Assembly: GCF_006345805.1 (NCBI RefSeq)
Contig: NC_043001.1
Span: forward strand, 37,758,001 to 37,822,000
Direction of reading: 5' to 3'
Source of the DNA: Octopus sinensis
Lineage: Eukaryota
DNA length: 64,000 bases
Shown here: positions 53,530 through 64,000 of the stretch, piece after piece
How positions within the stretch are numbered: position 1 is the first letter of the stretch
Layout of the letters: every line of letters starts with the position of its first letter
Made by a program: the position numbers and the translations under genes
Notes under the pieces: model-generated
Told to the model about the DNA's origin: nothing
Seen by the model: only the letters and a program-made list of their open reading frames with translations
Database searches by the model: none

Positions 53530-54945
53530 TAAAGTCAACCTAGCTAAAACCAAAGTCCTAATAAGTTGGAAGGCTGTCAATTCACAAATCCCATCAGGTA
53601 GATGGCCCTGCTCGATCTGTAGAAAAGGCATAGGTAGAAACTCTGTAAGATGTACCCAGTGTAAGCTATGGACACATAAGAGGTGCAGCAATATTAAAGG
53701 AAGGCTAACTGGGAAGATAGATTTTGTATGTGGCAGATACTCAGAAGCAATAAACACTGAAAATATGCAGGGAACAACTTCCGCTACATTCCAGGGAGAA
53801 AAACTGTAAGTAGTTGATAGCTTCCATTATCTAGGTGACCAAGTCAGTAGCAGGGGTGGATGTGCTGAAAGTGTAGCTGCTAGAATAAGATTAGCCTGGG
53901 CAAAGTTCAGAGAGCTCTTAGCTCTGCTGGTGACAAACAGCCATGCTACATGGCAGTGAAACATGAGCCGTGACTGCTGAGGACATGCGGAAGCTTGTAA
54001 GGATTGAAGCCAGTATGCTCCACTGGATGTGTAATGTCAGATGCATACTCGACAGAGTGTAAGTACCTTGAGAGAAAAGTTGGACCTAAGAAGCATTAAA
54101 TGTGGTGTGCGAGAGAGACAACTGTGCTGGAATGGTCATGTGGTTAGAATGGATGAGGATAGCTGTGTGAAAAGGTGCAACACCCTAGCAGTTGAGGGAA
54201 CCTGTGGAACAGGTAGACCCAGGATGACCTGGGATGAGGTGGTGAAGCACGACTTTCAAACATTAGGCCTCACCAAGGCACTGACTAGTGACTAAGGCCT
54301 TTGGAAATACACTGTGTTTGAGAAGACCTGGCAAGCCAAGTGAGACCATAATCCGTGGCCTATGTCAGTGGTGTAATCAGCCCACTTATGTGTACCTTTC
54401 CTTCATTAGACGCTAAACTCTGCTTGCGAAGACCTGTTGAGGCAAGTGAAATCGAAATCGAAATCAAATTCAATGACAGTACCGCATGACTGGCATCTGT
54501 GCTAGTGGAGTGCTAAGAGCACCATCCAGGCGTGATCATTGCCAGAGTAGCTGACTGGCTTCCATGCCAGTGACACATAAAAAGCACCATTCGAGTGTGA
54601 TCATTACCAGCATCGCCTCATTGGCACTTGTGCCGGTGGCACATGAAAAAATATTTAAGCGAAGTCATTGCCAGTGCTGCTGGACTGGCTCCTATGCAGG
54701 TGGCATGTAAAAAGCACCATTTGAGCATGGCTGTTGCCAGTACCACCTGACTGGCCCTCGTGCCAGTGGCACGTAAAGGCACCCACTACACTCTCGGAGT
54801 GGTTGGCATTAGGAAGGGCATCCAGCTGTAGAAGCTCTGCCAGACTAGATTGGAGCCTGGTGCAACCATCTGGTTCACCAGTCCTCAGTCAAATCATCCA
54901 ACCCATGCCAGCATGGAAAGCGGACGTTACGCGATGATGATGATT
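53530..54945 (+). mobile_element. RTE LINE 3' portion with full 3'UTR and (GAT)n tail
   Basis: VNLAKTKVL...RWPCSICRKGIGRNSVRCTQCKLWTHKRC, FHYLGDQV, GRPRMTW. Confidence 0.85.
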
Positions 54946-55481
54946 ACATAGTACATCAAATGATATAACCAGACTGGGATATAATTGTACCACCCTACCT
55001 TATAACTGGATAGGTGTATACCATCTAACTGGTCTGCCCTGTAACTGGTTTGCCATATAACTAGTCAACCGTATATCTGTTCTGCCATAAAGCTTGTCAG
55101 CTTAAATTCTAACTTTACAAAAAAACACAGAAACAGTTGCTTCCCTGAACAAACTGCTTTAAGTTATAACTTAGTCTGACACCCATAACACTTCTACTAT
55201 ACCATATCAACTTGATACAATAAATTCCTTGGAATCACGAGACTCAGTTTTGGAAATAACTTCTTCATTGATCTTTGATCTAGTACTTAGAATACCTGGA
55301 TAATTTTCTGAACAAGCAACAGCAACACAACTACAAAATTCTCTACTACATGTTTAATTATAATTAATAAACATTAACCATACAAATAAAGAAAATGATT
55401 CTTGAAGCATCCATTCCTGCTACTGAAGGATTATGTTATTTTGAAAGTTTTCAATCTCATTCTATTTTTATTCTGTTTTAG

Positions 55482-55548
55482 GATAAAATCATTATTGAAG
55501 CTGAGTTTCATGGCAAATCAAATGTCATGATTGGAAAAATATGGAATG
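55482..55548 (+). CDS. MAM-mucin gene exon 4: MAM domain C-terminal strands
   Basis: Long pyrimidine tract TTTTAG|GAT...AATG|GTAAGT, phase 0-1; DKIIIEAEFHGKSNVMIGKIWN. Confidence 0.85.
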
Positions 55549-56119
55549 GTAAGTAAGTTAATTGATATTGAAATCATGGCCATCCACACATACATGCATG
55601 TCCTTTATGGTCATGCACCCCCACACTGACACTCAAATTATCTAACCCCTCTCAAAACACCCCTGTCTTCCCAACACTCACGCAGCCCCCCTCCTCACTC
55701 TCATGTGCCTATCCACACACTCTCCATACTCTCTCTTTGTTCCTTACTCCCCACTCCAAGCCACTCAACACTCTCATGGCACTCTCTTCCTCTATCCTCT
55801 ATCCTCCTCTATCCCCTCTCTATAATTTATACCCTACTCTACGGTTCACTGAGGGTAGGCTCCAATACATCTCCCACACCATCTATTTCACTCTCTCTCT
55901 CTCTCTCTCTCTCTTGCTCCCTCACTCTGACTCTCTCTTTATCTTTCGCTCTCTTTTCCACCTTCTTACTCCTTCCTGTTCTACTGGGTGGCCAAATATC
56001 TCCTCTATAGTAAAACAACTATCCCTCTCTCTCGATCACACTGTAACCTCTTACCTGGCACACAACTGCATCCATCAGTTCTACTCCCTCTCTCAACTAA
56101 GAGGTCTTTCTCTTACAAG

Positions 56120-56390
56120 TTACTTGGCAACCCTCTGATGCTGGTGCAACATAAAAAGTACCTGTGCCAGTGCCGCATATAAAGCACTCGAGCTGGTGTC
56201 ATGTAAAAAGCACCCGGTTCACTCAGAAAGGTGATTGGCATTAAGAAGGGCACCCAGCCATAGAAACCATGCCAAAACAGACAATTGAAACCGGGTACAC
56301 TTCTTCTGCTTACCGACTCTTGTCAAGTCATCCAACCCATGCCAGCATGGAAAACAGATATTAAATGGTGATGATGATGATGATGATGAT
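56120..56390 (+). mobile_element. RTE 3'UTR copy with (GAT)n tail
   Basis: Similar to 7855-8112. Confidence 0.65.
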
Positions 56391-56822
56391 GACAATGACT
56401 ACAACAACAACGGCAATAACAACAGTGATGGCAATGACAATGGGAACAGCAATGGTGATGAGGATGATGACGACGATACTTCTGATGACAATGATGATGA
56501 TGATAATATGTGAGACAGACAAGTCAGAGATAGACTTATGAAACATGGGTAATAAACTCAAGCCTTAGTTGAAGCACTAAACTGTATAGCTACTACCAAT
56601 ATCATTGTTGGGTAGTGAGAGTATCCAACTGTAAAATAATTCTATTTATTGAAACATCTAAATTCATACTTCTCTGCAACTGTTATTCCTAGTAAAATAT
56701 AGATGTAAAAATGACATGTGAGAGAGAGAGAGATATTCTTACCTCACTAGTCATGAATTTGTTTCTCAATAAATATTTATTGCACTGATCCTTCAGTGAA
56801 AGAAAAATCAACTCAATATATA

Positions 56823-57685
56823 CAGGGTACGGTCAATGAATTTTTGTCTAAATTACGCAAAAATGAAAATAACACTGACATCTCATTTTAACAGATATAT
56901 TTACCAAAATTACATTAAAATATCTTGAAATACTAAGATTAATTTTTTAAATAAAATCACCATTGGCTTCAACCACAGCCTCCTGATGACTTTGGAATTT
57001 CCTGCAACTCGTCAGGATGGTTTTCCTGTTTAAGCCATAATCCTTGCCTTCAGTTCATCTTTGGTGTTACAAGGAGTTTTGTTGGTCTGTCACTCAACTG
57101 CACCCCACACATAATAATCAAGAAGGTTGCAGTCTGGGGAGTTAGGTGGCCAGGTGTTAGGAGTGGTGTGGTGACAGAAATTGTCTGACAGTCATGACTG
57201 AGTTCTCCAGTCTGTGTGGCATGGTGCAGAGTCCTGTTGCCAAACACCAGGTCTTCCAGCAGCCATCCTCTTGACTCAGGGCAGCACTACCTCCTCCAGG
57301 CACTTGATGTAGGCCTCCATGTTGTGTCTGAGGCCATGTGGGAAGATGAATGGAGATATAACATTGCAATTATCAGTGGTTATTCCAAACACCATGATGT
57401 TGACAGGATATTTGACTTTCATCACTCTCTGTACATATTGGGTGGGATTTAGTTTGACACCCAACACTCTGAAATGTTTGTATTGGAGCTTCTGGTGCAA
57501 ATGCAAGCAGTACAGCATGTTGTTTCCAAATTTCTGTCAGAGTGAATTGCATCATAGTGCTCTTTTTCTTAAAGACAGTGCCCACTGACCCTACTATAGT
57601 GTGTAGTCGACAAAGTCAAAAACAAACAATGTGCATGTGTGAAAGTAAAAATATAAAATGGCAACAATTTACCCATCACACCCTG
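56823..57685 (-). mobile_element. Tc1/mariner (maT/DD37D-like) element, internally deleted
   Basis: TA|CAGGGT...ACCCTG|TA termini; WPPNSPDCNLLDYYVW and MVFGI motifs; subfamily inferred from motif only. Confidence 0.75.
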
Positions 57686-57689
57686 TATA

Positions 57690-58030
57690 TCCAGGGTGTT
57701 AAGGCTAAATATGACAGTTTGCATAAAAGGAAGAGAAAACACAATATCTCAACCAAAAATAATAGTATTTACTCAAAGCATCTGACCCCAACTTCCACCA
57801 TGGCCTGAAGATGGCTCCGAAACATGGCAAATATGTTCCTCAATGTGTTCCTAAGAAGGTCTTTGAACACCTCCTTGGTCTTGGCCTTGGCTTTGGTGTT
57901 GTAGGGAGAGCATTTGGTGATTTTCTCAACCATGTCCCACATATAATAATCCATGGGATTACAATCAGAGGAATTATAAGGCCAGAAATTGGGGATTGTG
58001 AAGTAGTAGCACTTCTGAGTCTTTCAGGAA
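57690..58030 (-). mobile_element. second maT-like transposase C-terminal fragment
   Basis: DYYMWDMVEK...PYNTK...FRSHLQAMVE...FE*. Confidence 0.65.
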
Positions 58031-58289
58031 GTATGGCAAGGAGTCAAATCCTGCTGCCACACATATTGCATCTATTTATCTTTGAAATGCCTGTATCCTT
58101 GATCTTTTATCTCTTACTTGTTTCAATCATTGTTTCAAACTGTGGCCATGCTGGGGCACTGCCTAGAAGGGTTTTAGTTCAACTAATCAACCTTAGGACT
58201 AATTTTTTAAAACCTAGTGCTTATTCTATCAGTATTGTTGTGATTTTAGTTTTGATCACGTGATTTTGATTGTCTCTTTTGCTGTTATA

Positions 58290-58562
58290 TGACTGCAGTG
58301 CGACTGCGCGGAGTTCTGTTCTGTTTGTACAAAGTCAGAAAACAACACAGCTCCCATGACTTTCGGAAACATTTTTTCACGCTCAGAGTTGCTGAAGCAT
58401 GGAATAAACTGCCTGCGTCAGTTGTTGACTGCCATGACACTGCATCCTTTAAGGCCCTCATGCTTTCCGAAATCCGCCGAAACTACACCTGATTATATAT
58501 ACAATTTAGATGAGTTGTAGTGCACCTGAGCACTGTACACAATTATTATTATTATTATTATG
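58290..58562 (+). mobile_element. CR1-type LINE 3' end with (ATT)n tail
   Basis: RKHFFTLRVAEAWNKLPASVV...SFK. Confidence 0.8.
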
Positions 58563-58599
58563 ACGTGTTTTGTGTTGGTTTTTAGTTAGCCAAGACTGT

Positions 58600-59030
58600 A
58601 GCAACTTGCTACATAAAACTGTTATTGTGTTGAAGTTTGATATTCCAGTTTAGGTTTAAGACAATTTAAGCAACTAATTATAGCTAGAGAGAGAGAGAGA
58701 ATGGACAGCAAATTTATAAAACCAAATTTGTTCACCACTGATCCAAGTTCGAGTCAAGCTTCAAAAGAATAGAAATATTGGTTCAGAATTTAAAAAATTT
58801 TTTAGAATCATTTCCTGCTGAACCACCTATCAGGGATGAAAGCAAACTTAGGTGTTTAATAGCATACATTAATAAAGATGTTTACGAACTCATAAGTGAA
58901 TGTGAGAATTATGCAGAAGCAATTCAAACTCTGGAGAGACTGTATGTGAAACCCTTGAACGTTATTTTTGCAAGACACTTTTTAATGACAGACAGACAAG
59001 AACCAGGTCAATCAGTTAACGTTTATTTAC
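58600..59030 (+). mobile_element. Gypsy-like LTR retrotransposon gag remnant
   Basis: KLRCLIAYIN...YAEAIQTLERLYVKPLNVIFARHFLMTDRQEPGQSV. Confidence 0.7.
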
Positions 59031-59554
59031 CTTCCTTTCTCAATAGAAACAGTGGGTCTTAATGGGTTAAACTGAGTTTGTCTTTCAGTTCATTTAAACC
59101 TTGTCATTCATGTACAAACACATCTGTTTCAATAATAAAGATAATTCATATTCATACTCAAATGGTGGATTAGTTATGCCACACAGCTGGACATTACACA
59201 TAAATTTTATATGAATTTGCACTCAGCCTTTGCATATAGTTTACCAAAACAAATGAATATATATACTTATGTTCAAATAGCTTTAAGGAAGTTATACATT
59301 GTTATATGAGTAATCAGTTCTGAGTGCAATGCTTCTTATAGCAGAAACAGTTGTAAGCTAATGAAAGTGATTACATAATTCTTGTTCTATTGTCATTCCT
59401 CAATTATATTACATTTTGTACTGGCCAGACACTTTACTAAGGATACTTATATGCTAAAGTATAAATATACTGAGGCCGAACAATTGGCTCTTAGTATCAC
59501 TACCCAAAGGGAAATCGTTACACAGATATGACAGAATTAAATAGACAAACCATA

Positions 59555-60019
59555 AATAAAGTATACAGTATACAGAGCAGCTCAAGTCTTTTTGAATTTA
59601 ATTAATTATACTAAATCAAACATATATTCATTAAGCTTTGTCCAATGTGTTTGGTTACACACTGCTTCCATAGTTAAAATCTCATGTTGCTTGCATGAAG
59701 TATACCATGTACGTTTCCATTTTCTCAAATATAATGCAAAGTACATCACTAACTTTTTAATGTTTAAATCTCAATGCCATCAAGTCACTGGAAACGTGTT
59801 TGGATGTGACAATTACAGCATTTATTCATACATAGCATGTACTCAAATGTAATGGGAATTGACTTTGCAGATGTTCTTTATTTCCTTGTAGTTGGGATAA
59901 AATTAATGAAAAAATTGCATATTTGAAATGTATGTACATTCTTACACAGACACACATTCACTCACTCATATATTGCACACACATATTTAAATATGAATGT
60001 GTGTGTGTGCGTGTGTGTG
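59555..60019. repeat. direct duplication, copy 1 (copy 2 at 61182-61667)
   Basis: About 470 bp of non-repetitive-looking sequence repeated 1627 bp downstream with scattered substitutions. Confidence 0.9.
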
Positions 60020-60357
60020 AAAACCTTGAGATCCCACTTACTACGATTTTTTATTAGTGGTTGGTGGTTGTATGGTTGTAGTTGGTGCAGGTGTGACGGT
60101 GGTTGTTGGTGTAGTTGTAGTTGTTGGTGTGGTTGTTGGTATTACAGTTTTTTTTACAGACTGCATGAGACTGTTACTCTTATCTTACAGAGACATCCAC
60201 CACTATGTATAGTTCTGGAGCCCACAGGTGAAATCCACCTTCTAAGAGAGAAAATTGTAAGAGATTATGACTATAACAAATATGATGATGTAAGGAATAG
60301 AGATTATTTCTGTTTCCATTCATGCCATTAAATTTAATTTTAATTCTTTCTTTTCAG

Positions 60358-60923
60358 AAAATGGGCCCCAAACAGAAAATTCTTGTCCACCAGTTCCACC
60401 CACAACCACACAAGCACCAACTACCATCACTCTACCAACAACTACAACCACACCAACAACTACAACCAAACCAACAACAACAATGCTAATGACACCAACC
60501 ATCAAAAGAACCCTTTCACCAAGGACATCAACAAAAGGTATAAACCTCCCAAGTTCAATAATGAGTACAACAATGGAATATCATTCAAGCAAAACTATAT
60601 CAAAATTATTTACAACTTTCCATCCTGGTAAAGATATTTCAACAGTTTCAATATTGGACATTATAAAGAACAGTACAAAGATGTTTAATACCAATACTCC
60701 TTCGCACAAAACATCTATAGCATCTACAACTAACAATATACTACCAACAACTTTATTTCATCATAACACAAATGGATATAAACAGAATGAGACAACACTT
60801 GAAGCAAATCAAGTTACCAAACCAAGCAAAGGTTTTACTGTTTACACCTCAGGAAGGGATAATGTCACATCTTATTTTACCACTGAGAGTAGCAGTAACA
60901 AATTTGATGAACTGAAAAGCTAG
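60358..60923 (+). CDS. MAM-mucin gene exon 5: last MAM Cys and Thr/Ser/Pro mucin stalk, ending at TAG (spliced product ~348 aa)
   Basis: TTCTTTCTTTTCAG|AA phase 1 matches exon 4; ENGPQTENSCPPVPPTTTQAPTT...SSNKFDELKS*. Confidence 0.85.
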
Positions 60924-61049
60924 CTTCGCAAGAAAATAATAATTATTCTTGCATCCATTTTTGGCATTCTAAGTGTTTTAGCAATTATCTACTTGATTGT
61001 GCGGAGCATACGGAGATCAGATTTGCTAAATGAAAGGAGATTGGTGTAA
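60924..61049 (+). CDS. in-frame post-stop extension: 22-aa transmembrane helix plus basic cytoplasmic tail (41 aa)
   Basis: LRKK-IIIILASIFGILSVLAIIYLIV-RSIRRSDLLNERRLV*; AATAAA at 61142 and 61182; translated only if the UAG is bypassed. Confidence 0.6.
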   Translation, partial: LRKKIIIILASIFGILSVLAIIYLIVRSIRRSDLLNERRLV

Positions 61050-61181
61050 CCGGTTTTGATCGTAGATAGACCTGCTTAATAGATCCTGCATTTAATTTTG
61101 TCAGCCAACACATACATACACTCACACTCATGTAGTGAGTCAATAAACTATTGGTATGCTAAATAAGCAATAGAAATTTAC

Positions 61182-61626
61182 AATAAAGTATACAGTAATC
61201 AGAGCAGCACTAATCTTTTTGAAATTAACTGATTATACTAAATCAAAAATATATTCATTAAGATTTGTCCAATGTGTTTGGTTACACACTGCTTCCATAG
61301 TTAAAATCTTGTGTTGCTTGCATGAAGTATACCATGAACGTTTCCATTTTCTCAAATATAATGCAAAGTACATCACTAATTTTTTAATGTTCAAATCTCA
61401 ATGCCATCAAGTCACTGGAAACGTGTTTGGATGTGACAATTACTGCATTTATTCATCCATAGCATGTACTCAAATGTAATGTGAATTGACTTTGTGGATG
61501 TTCTTTATTTCCTTGTAGTTGGAATAAAATTAATGAAAAAAATTGCATATTTGAAATGTATGTACATTCTTACACAGACACACACTCACTCACCCATATA
61601 TTGCACACACATATATCAACATATGA

Positions 61627-61666
<40 letters not shown>

Positions 61667-61667
61667 G
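61182..61667. repeat. direct duplication, copy 2 (overlaps 3' end of the MAM-mucin gene)
   Basis: Aligns to 59555-60019. Confidence 0.9.
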
Positions 61668-61874
61668 CTTAGAGCTTTGGTAAGCTGAACAACAGCAATT
61701 TGTTTTCTTCTACTACAAAATCTCTTATGGTGACAACATGCCCTGTAATTTATTCACAAAATCATTTTTCATACCAAAGTAAGGCTAAGTAACATGTAAC
61801 CTTTACTCTCTCTCGCTTTCCTTTTTCTTTCATTTTTTTGTGTGTGATATTTTACTCTTTTTTACTCTTTTACT

Positions 61875-62255
61875 TGTTTCAGCCATTTGACTGTGACCAT
61901 GCTGGAGCACCACCTTTAGTCGAGCAAGTCGACCTCAGTACTTATTTTTTGTAAGCCTTGTACTTATTCTATTGGTCTCTTTCGCCAAACCGCTAAGTTA
62001 CGGGGACGTAAACACACCAGCATCAGTTGTCAAGTGATGTTGTGGGGACAAACACAGACACAAAAACACACACATATACATATATATATGCATATATATG
62101 ACGGGCTTCTTTCAGTTTCCGTCTACCAAATCCACTCACAAGGCTTTGGTTGGCCTGAGGCTATAGCAGAAGACACTTGCCCAAGGTGCCACGCAGTGGG
62201 ACTGAACCCGGAGCCATGTGGTTTGTAAGCAAGCTACTTACCACACAGCCACTCA
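61875..62255 (-). mobile_element. tRNA-derived SINE, near full length
   Basis: Minus-strand head GTGGCTGTGTGGTAAG...CCGGGTTCAGTCCC (boxes A and B). Confidence 0.8.
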
Positions 62256-62574
62256 AAACTTAGCTGATGAAAACATACATTAATATATTTTCTGTGAAAC
62301 TATCATACAAAAACATTTGTTGTGTGAAAACATCTTTATACATTTACTTTCATATGCATGAACACATGCAAAAATGTAATTATTCCTTATGTTAAAAAAT
62401 AAAGGTGTTTTATTCAAACAATATATATAGATATATATATATACAGACATATCACACACACATACATGCATGCATGCATGCACACATGCATACACCCACA
62501 TACACACACACACCTGTATATATATATATATACTCCAACCTCTATTTGAACTATATATAGTTCAAATAGAGGCT

Positions 62575-62875
62575 TAGTGTTTAGGGTATTCGGCTCATGA
62601 TCAGAAGGTCATGAGTTCAAGTCCGACGTGTTGAGTCCTTGAGCAAGACACTTTATTTCACATTGATCCAGTCCACTCAGCTGGCAAAAATGAGTCGTAC
62701 CTGTATTTCAAAGGGGACAGCCTTGTCACACTTTATGTCATGCTGAATCTCCCGTAGATCTACGTTAAGTGTGCACGTGTCTGTGGAGTAATCAGCCACT
62801 TGCATGTTACTTTCACAAGCAGTCTCTTCATATCAGCTGGGAACCTTGTCGTAACCGACGGAGTGCTCCTATACA
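62575..62875 (+). mobile_element. tRNA-derived SINE (second family; partial relatives near 4440 and 38700)
   Basis: Box B GAGTTCAAGTCC followed by cttgagcaagacactttatttcac...ccactcagctg body. Confidence 0.7.
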
Positions 62876-63059
62876 TACATATAACTTGAAACATCCTACA
62901 AAAGGACCATGATAGGATTCCAAATATACGTCCAAAGTAACATTGATTGGATGATACAGCTGGTACAGTGTAAAAAACTGCACTCAATCTCAAAGGAGAC
63001 ATTATGAATACAGACAAGAGCTTGACCTCCCTCATTAAGATAATAATGAGGACATACCA

Positions 63060-63961
63060 CCAACTAAGGCAGATAAAAGTGTAAGACGAATGTCAAACAA
63101 GGAAAGCTCGAAGAAAATGTCAAGACACTGGTTAGGAAAACCATTGCATGAGAAATAGTCCAAACAAGCTGGGGAAGCCAGTGTAGATATGAAAATAATT
63201 CATCAGTGGCTGCAGAGCACTGGTCTGAAAACCAAAACAGAAGGATTTATCCTAGCAGCAAACGATCAGAGTCTCCTCATCTGGAACTATCAAGCTAATG
63301 TTATGCACAATGAAGGAGACACAAAATGCAGACTCTGTAATGACAATCGCCACAGCATTGACCACATTGATGCTGGTTGCATAGTCCTCGCCCCTACAGA
63401 ATTTAAAACCAAACTTGATTGAGTTGGCTGCTACATGCACTGGAGCATATGCCTTTGCTACAATGTCCCACACCCTAAGAACTGGCATGAACACTATCCA
63501 GAGCTAGTCACTGAAGGAGAGAATATTACTATCCTATAGAATTATGGGATACATACAGGCAAGCAAATAATTGCTAAGAGGCCAGACACTATTATCAAAG
63601 ATCTAAGTAAAAAAATGGACAGTGCATACTAATAGAAACATGTTAGCAAAGGAATTTGAAAAACTGTTGAAAAACAAGAACCTTGAGATTGAGATATCTA
63701 GGAGATGCCATTTAAAAAGCAAAACCATCCCTGTTGTTGTAGGTACCATGGGAATGATCAAGAAAGGTACTGACAAATTTTTCAACCAGATCCCAAGGAA
63801 ACAAGCAATCTATGAGGCTCAAAAAATCATATTGACATCAACTGATTACCTTCTCAAGAAGTTTCTTTCCATCTAATATATATGTGCCTTAGGTCTCTGT
63901 TTGAGACCTGGTCAGAAGATTAAATAAAGTGCAAGCCAAATGGAAAATAATAATAATAATG

Positions 63962-64000
<39 letters not shown>
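63060..64000 (+). mobile_element. R4/Dong-like RLE non-LTR retrotransposon 3' end running into (TAA)n
   Basis: WLQSTGLK..TEGFILAA.DQSL, CRLC...SIDHI.AGC zinc knuckle, KRPDTII, TIPVVVGTMG; (TAA)n from ~63947. Confidence 0.8.

Noticed and set aside
59083-59093. 11-nt complement (tttcagttcat) of the sequence just upstream of the UAG as an editing-complementary sequence
   Set aside because: Too short, does not cover the UAG, and plausible by chance in AT-rich DNA
59592-59852. 86-aa ORF preserved in both duplicate copies (also 61219-61479)
   Set aside because: TTG start, no recognisable motif; shared openness is explained by recent duplication
60537-60923. Alternative splicing using the TAG as a 3' acceptor to skip the stop
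   Set aside because: Visible donors (60538, 60628 and exon 4) are phase 1 whereas the acceptor would resume in phase 0, and there is no polypyrimidine tract

Overview
AT-rich, microsatellite- and transposon-dense eukaryotic DNA. The repeat families and composition suggest an octopus (coleoid cephalopod) genome; this is inferred, not proven. Two host genes are supported. One is an intronless acylphosphatase (18461-18754,+). The other is a 5-exon gene reconstructed here by hand from splice sites and phases (41454-61049,+), with TATA/Inr promoter, signal peptide, a divergent MAM-like domain and a Thr/Ser/Pro mucin stalk. Its frame stops at a UAG (60921-60923) directly in front of an intact in-frame transmembrane helix and cytoplasmic tail, so the stop may act as a secreted/membrane switch (readthrough, A-to-I editing, or a nonsense allele or sequence error). 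The remainder is mostly decayed mobile DNA: RTE, CR1/Jockey-like, R4/Dong-like and Penelope-like retroelements, tRNA-derived SINEs, Tc1/mariner, hAT, piggyBac-like MITEs, Helitrons, a foldback element with a nested solo LTR and a Gypsy-like gag remnant. A 480-bp foldback carries two oppositely oriented hammerhead ribozyme folds with a compensated U3:A8 core. Mobile-element boundaries are approximate unless TSDs or termini are quoted. No CRISPR, rRNA or genuine tRNA genes were seen.
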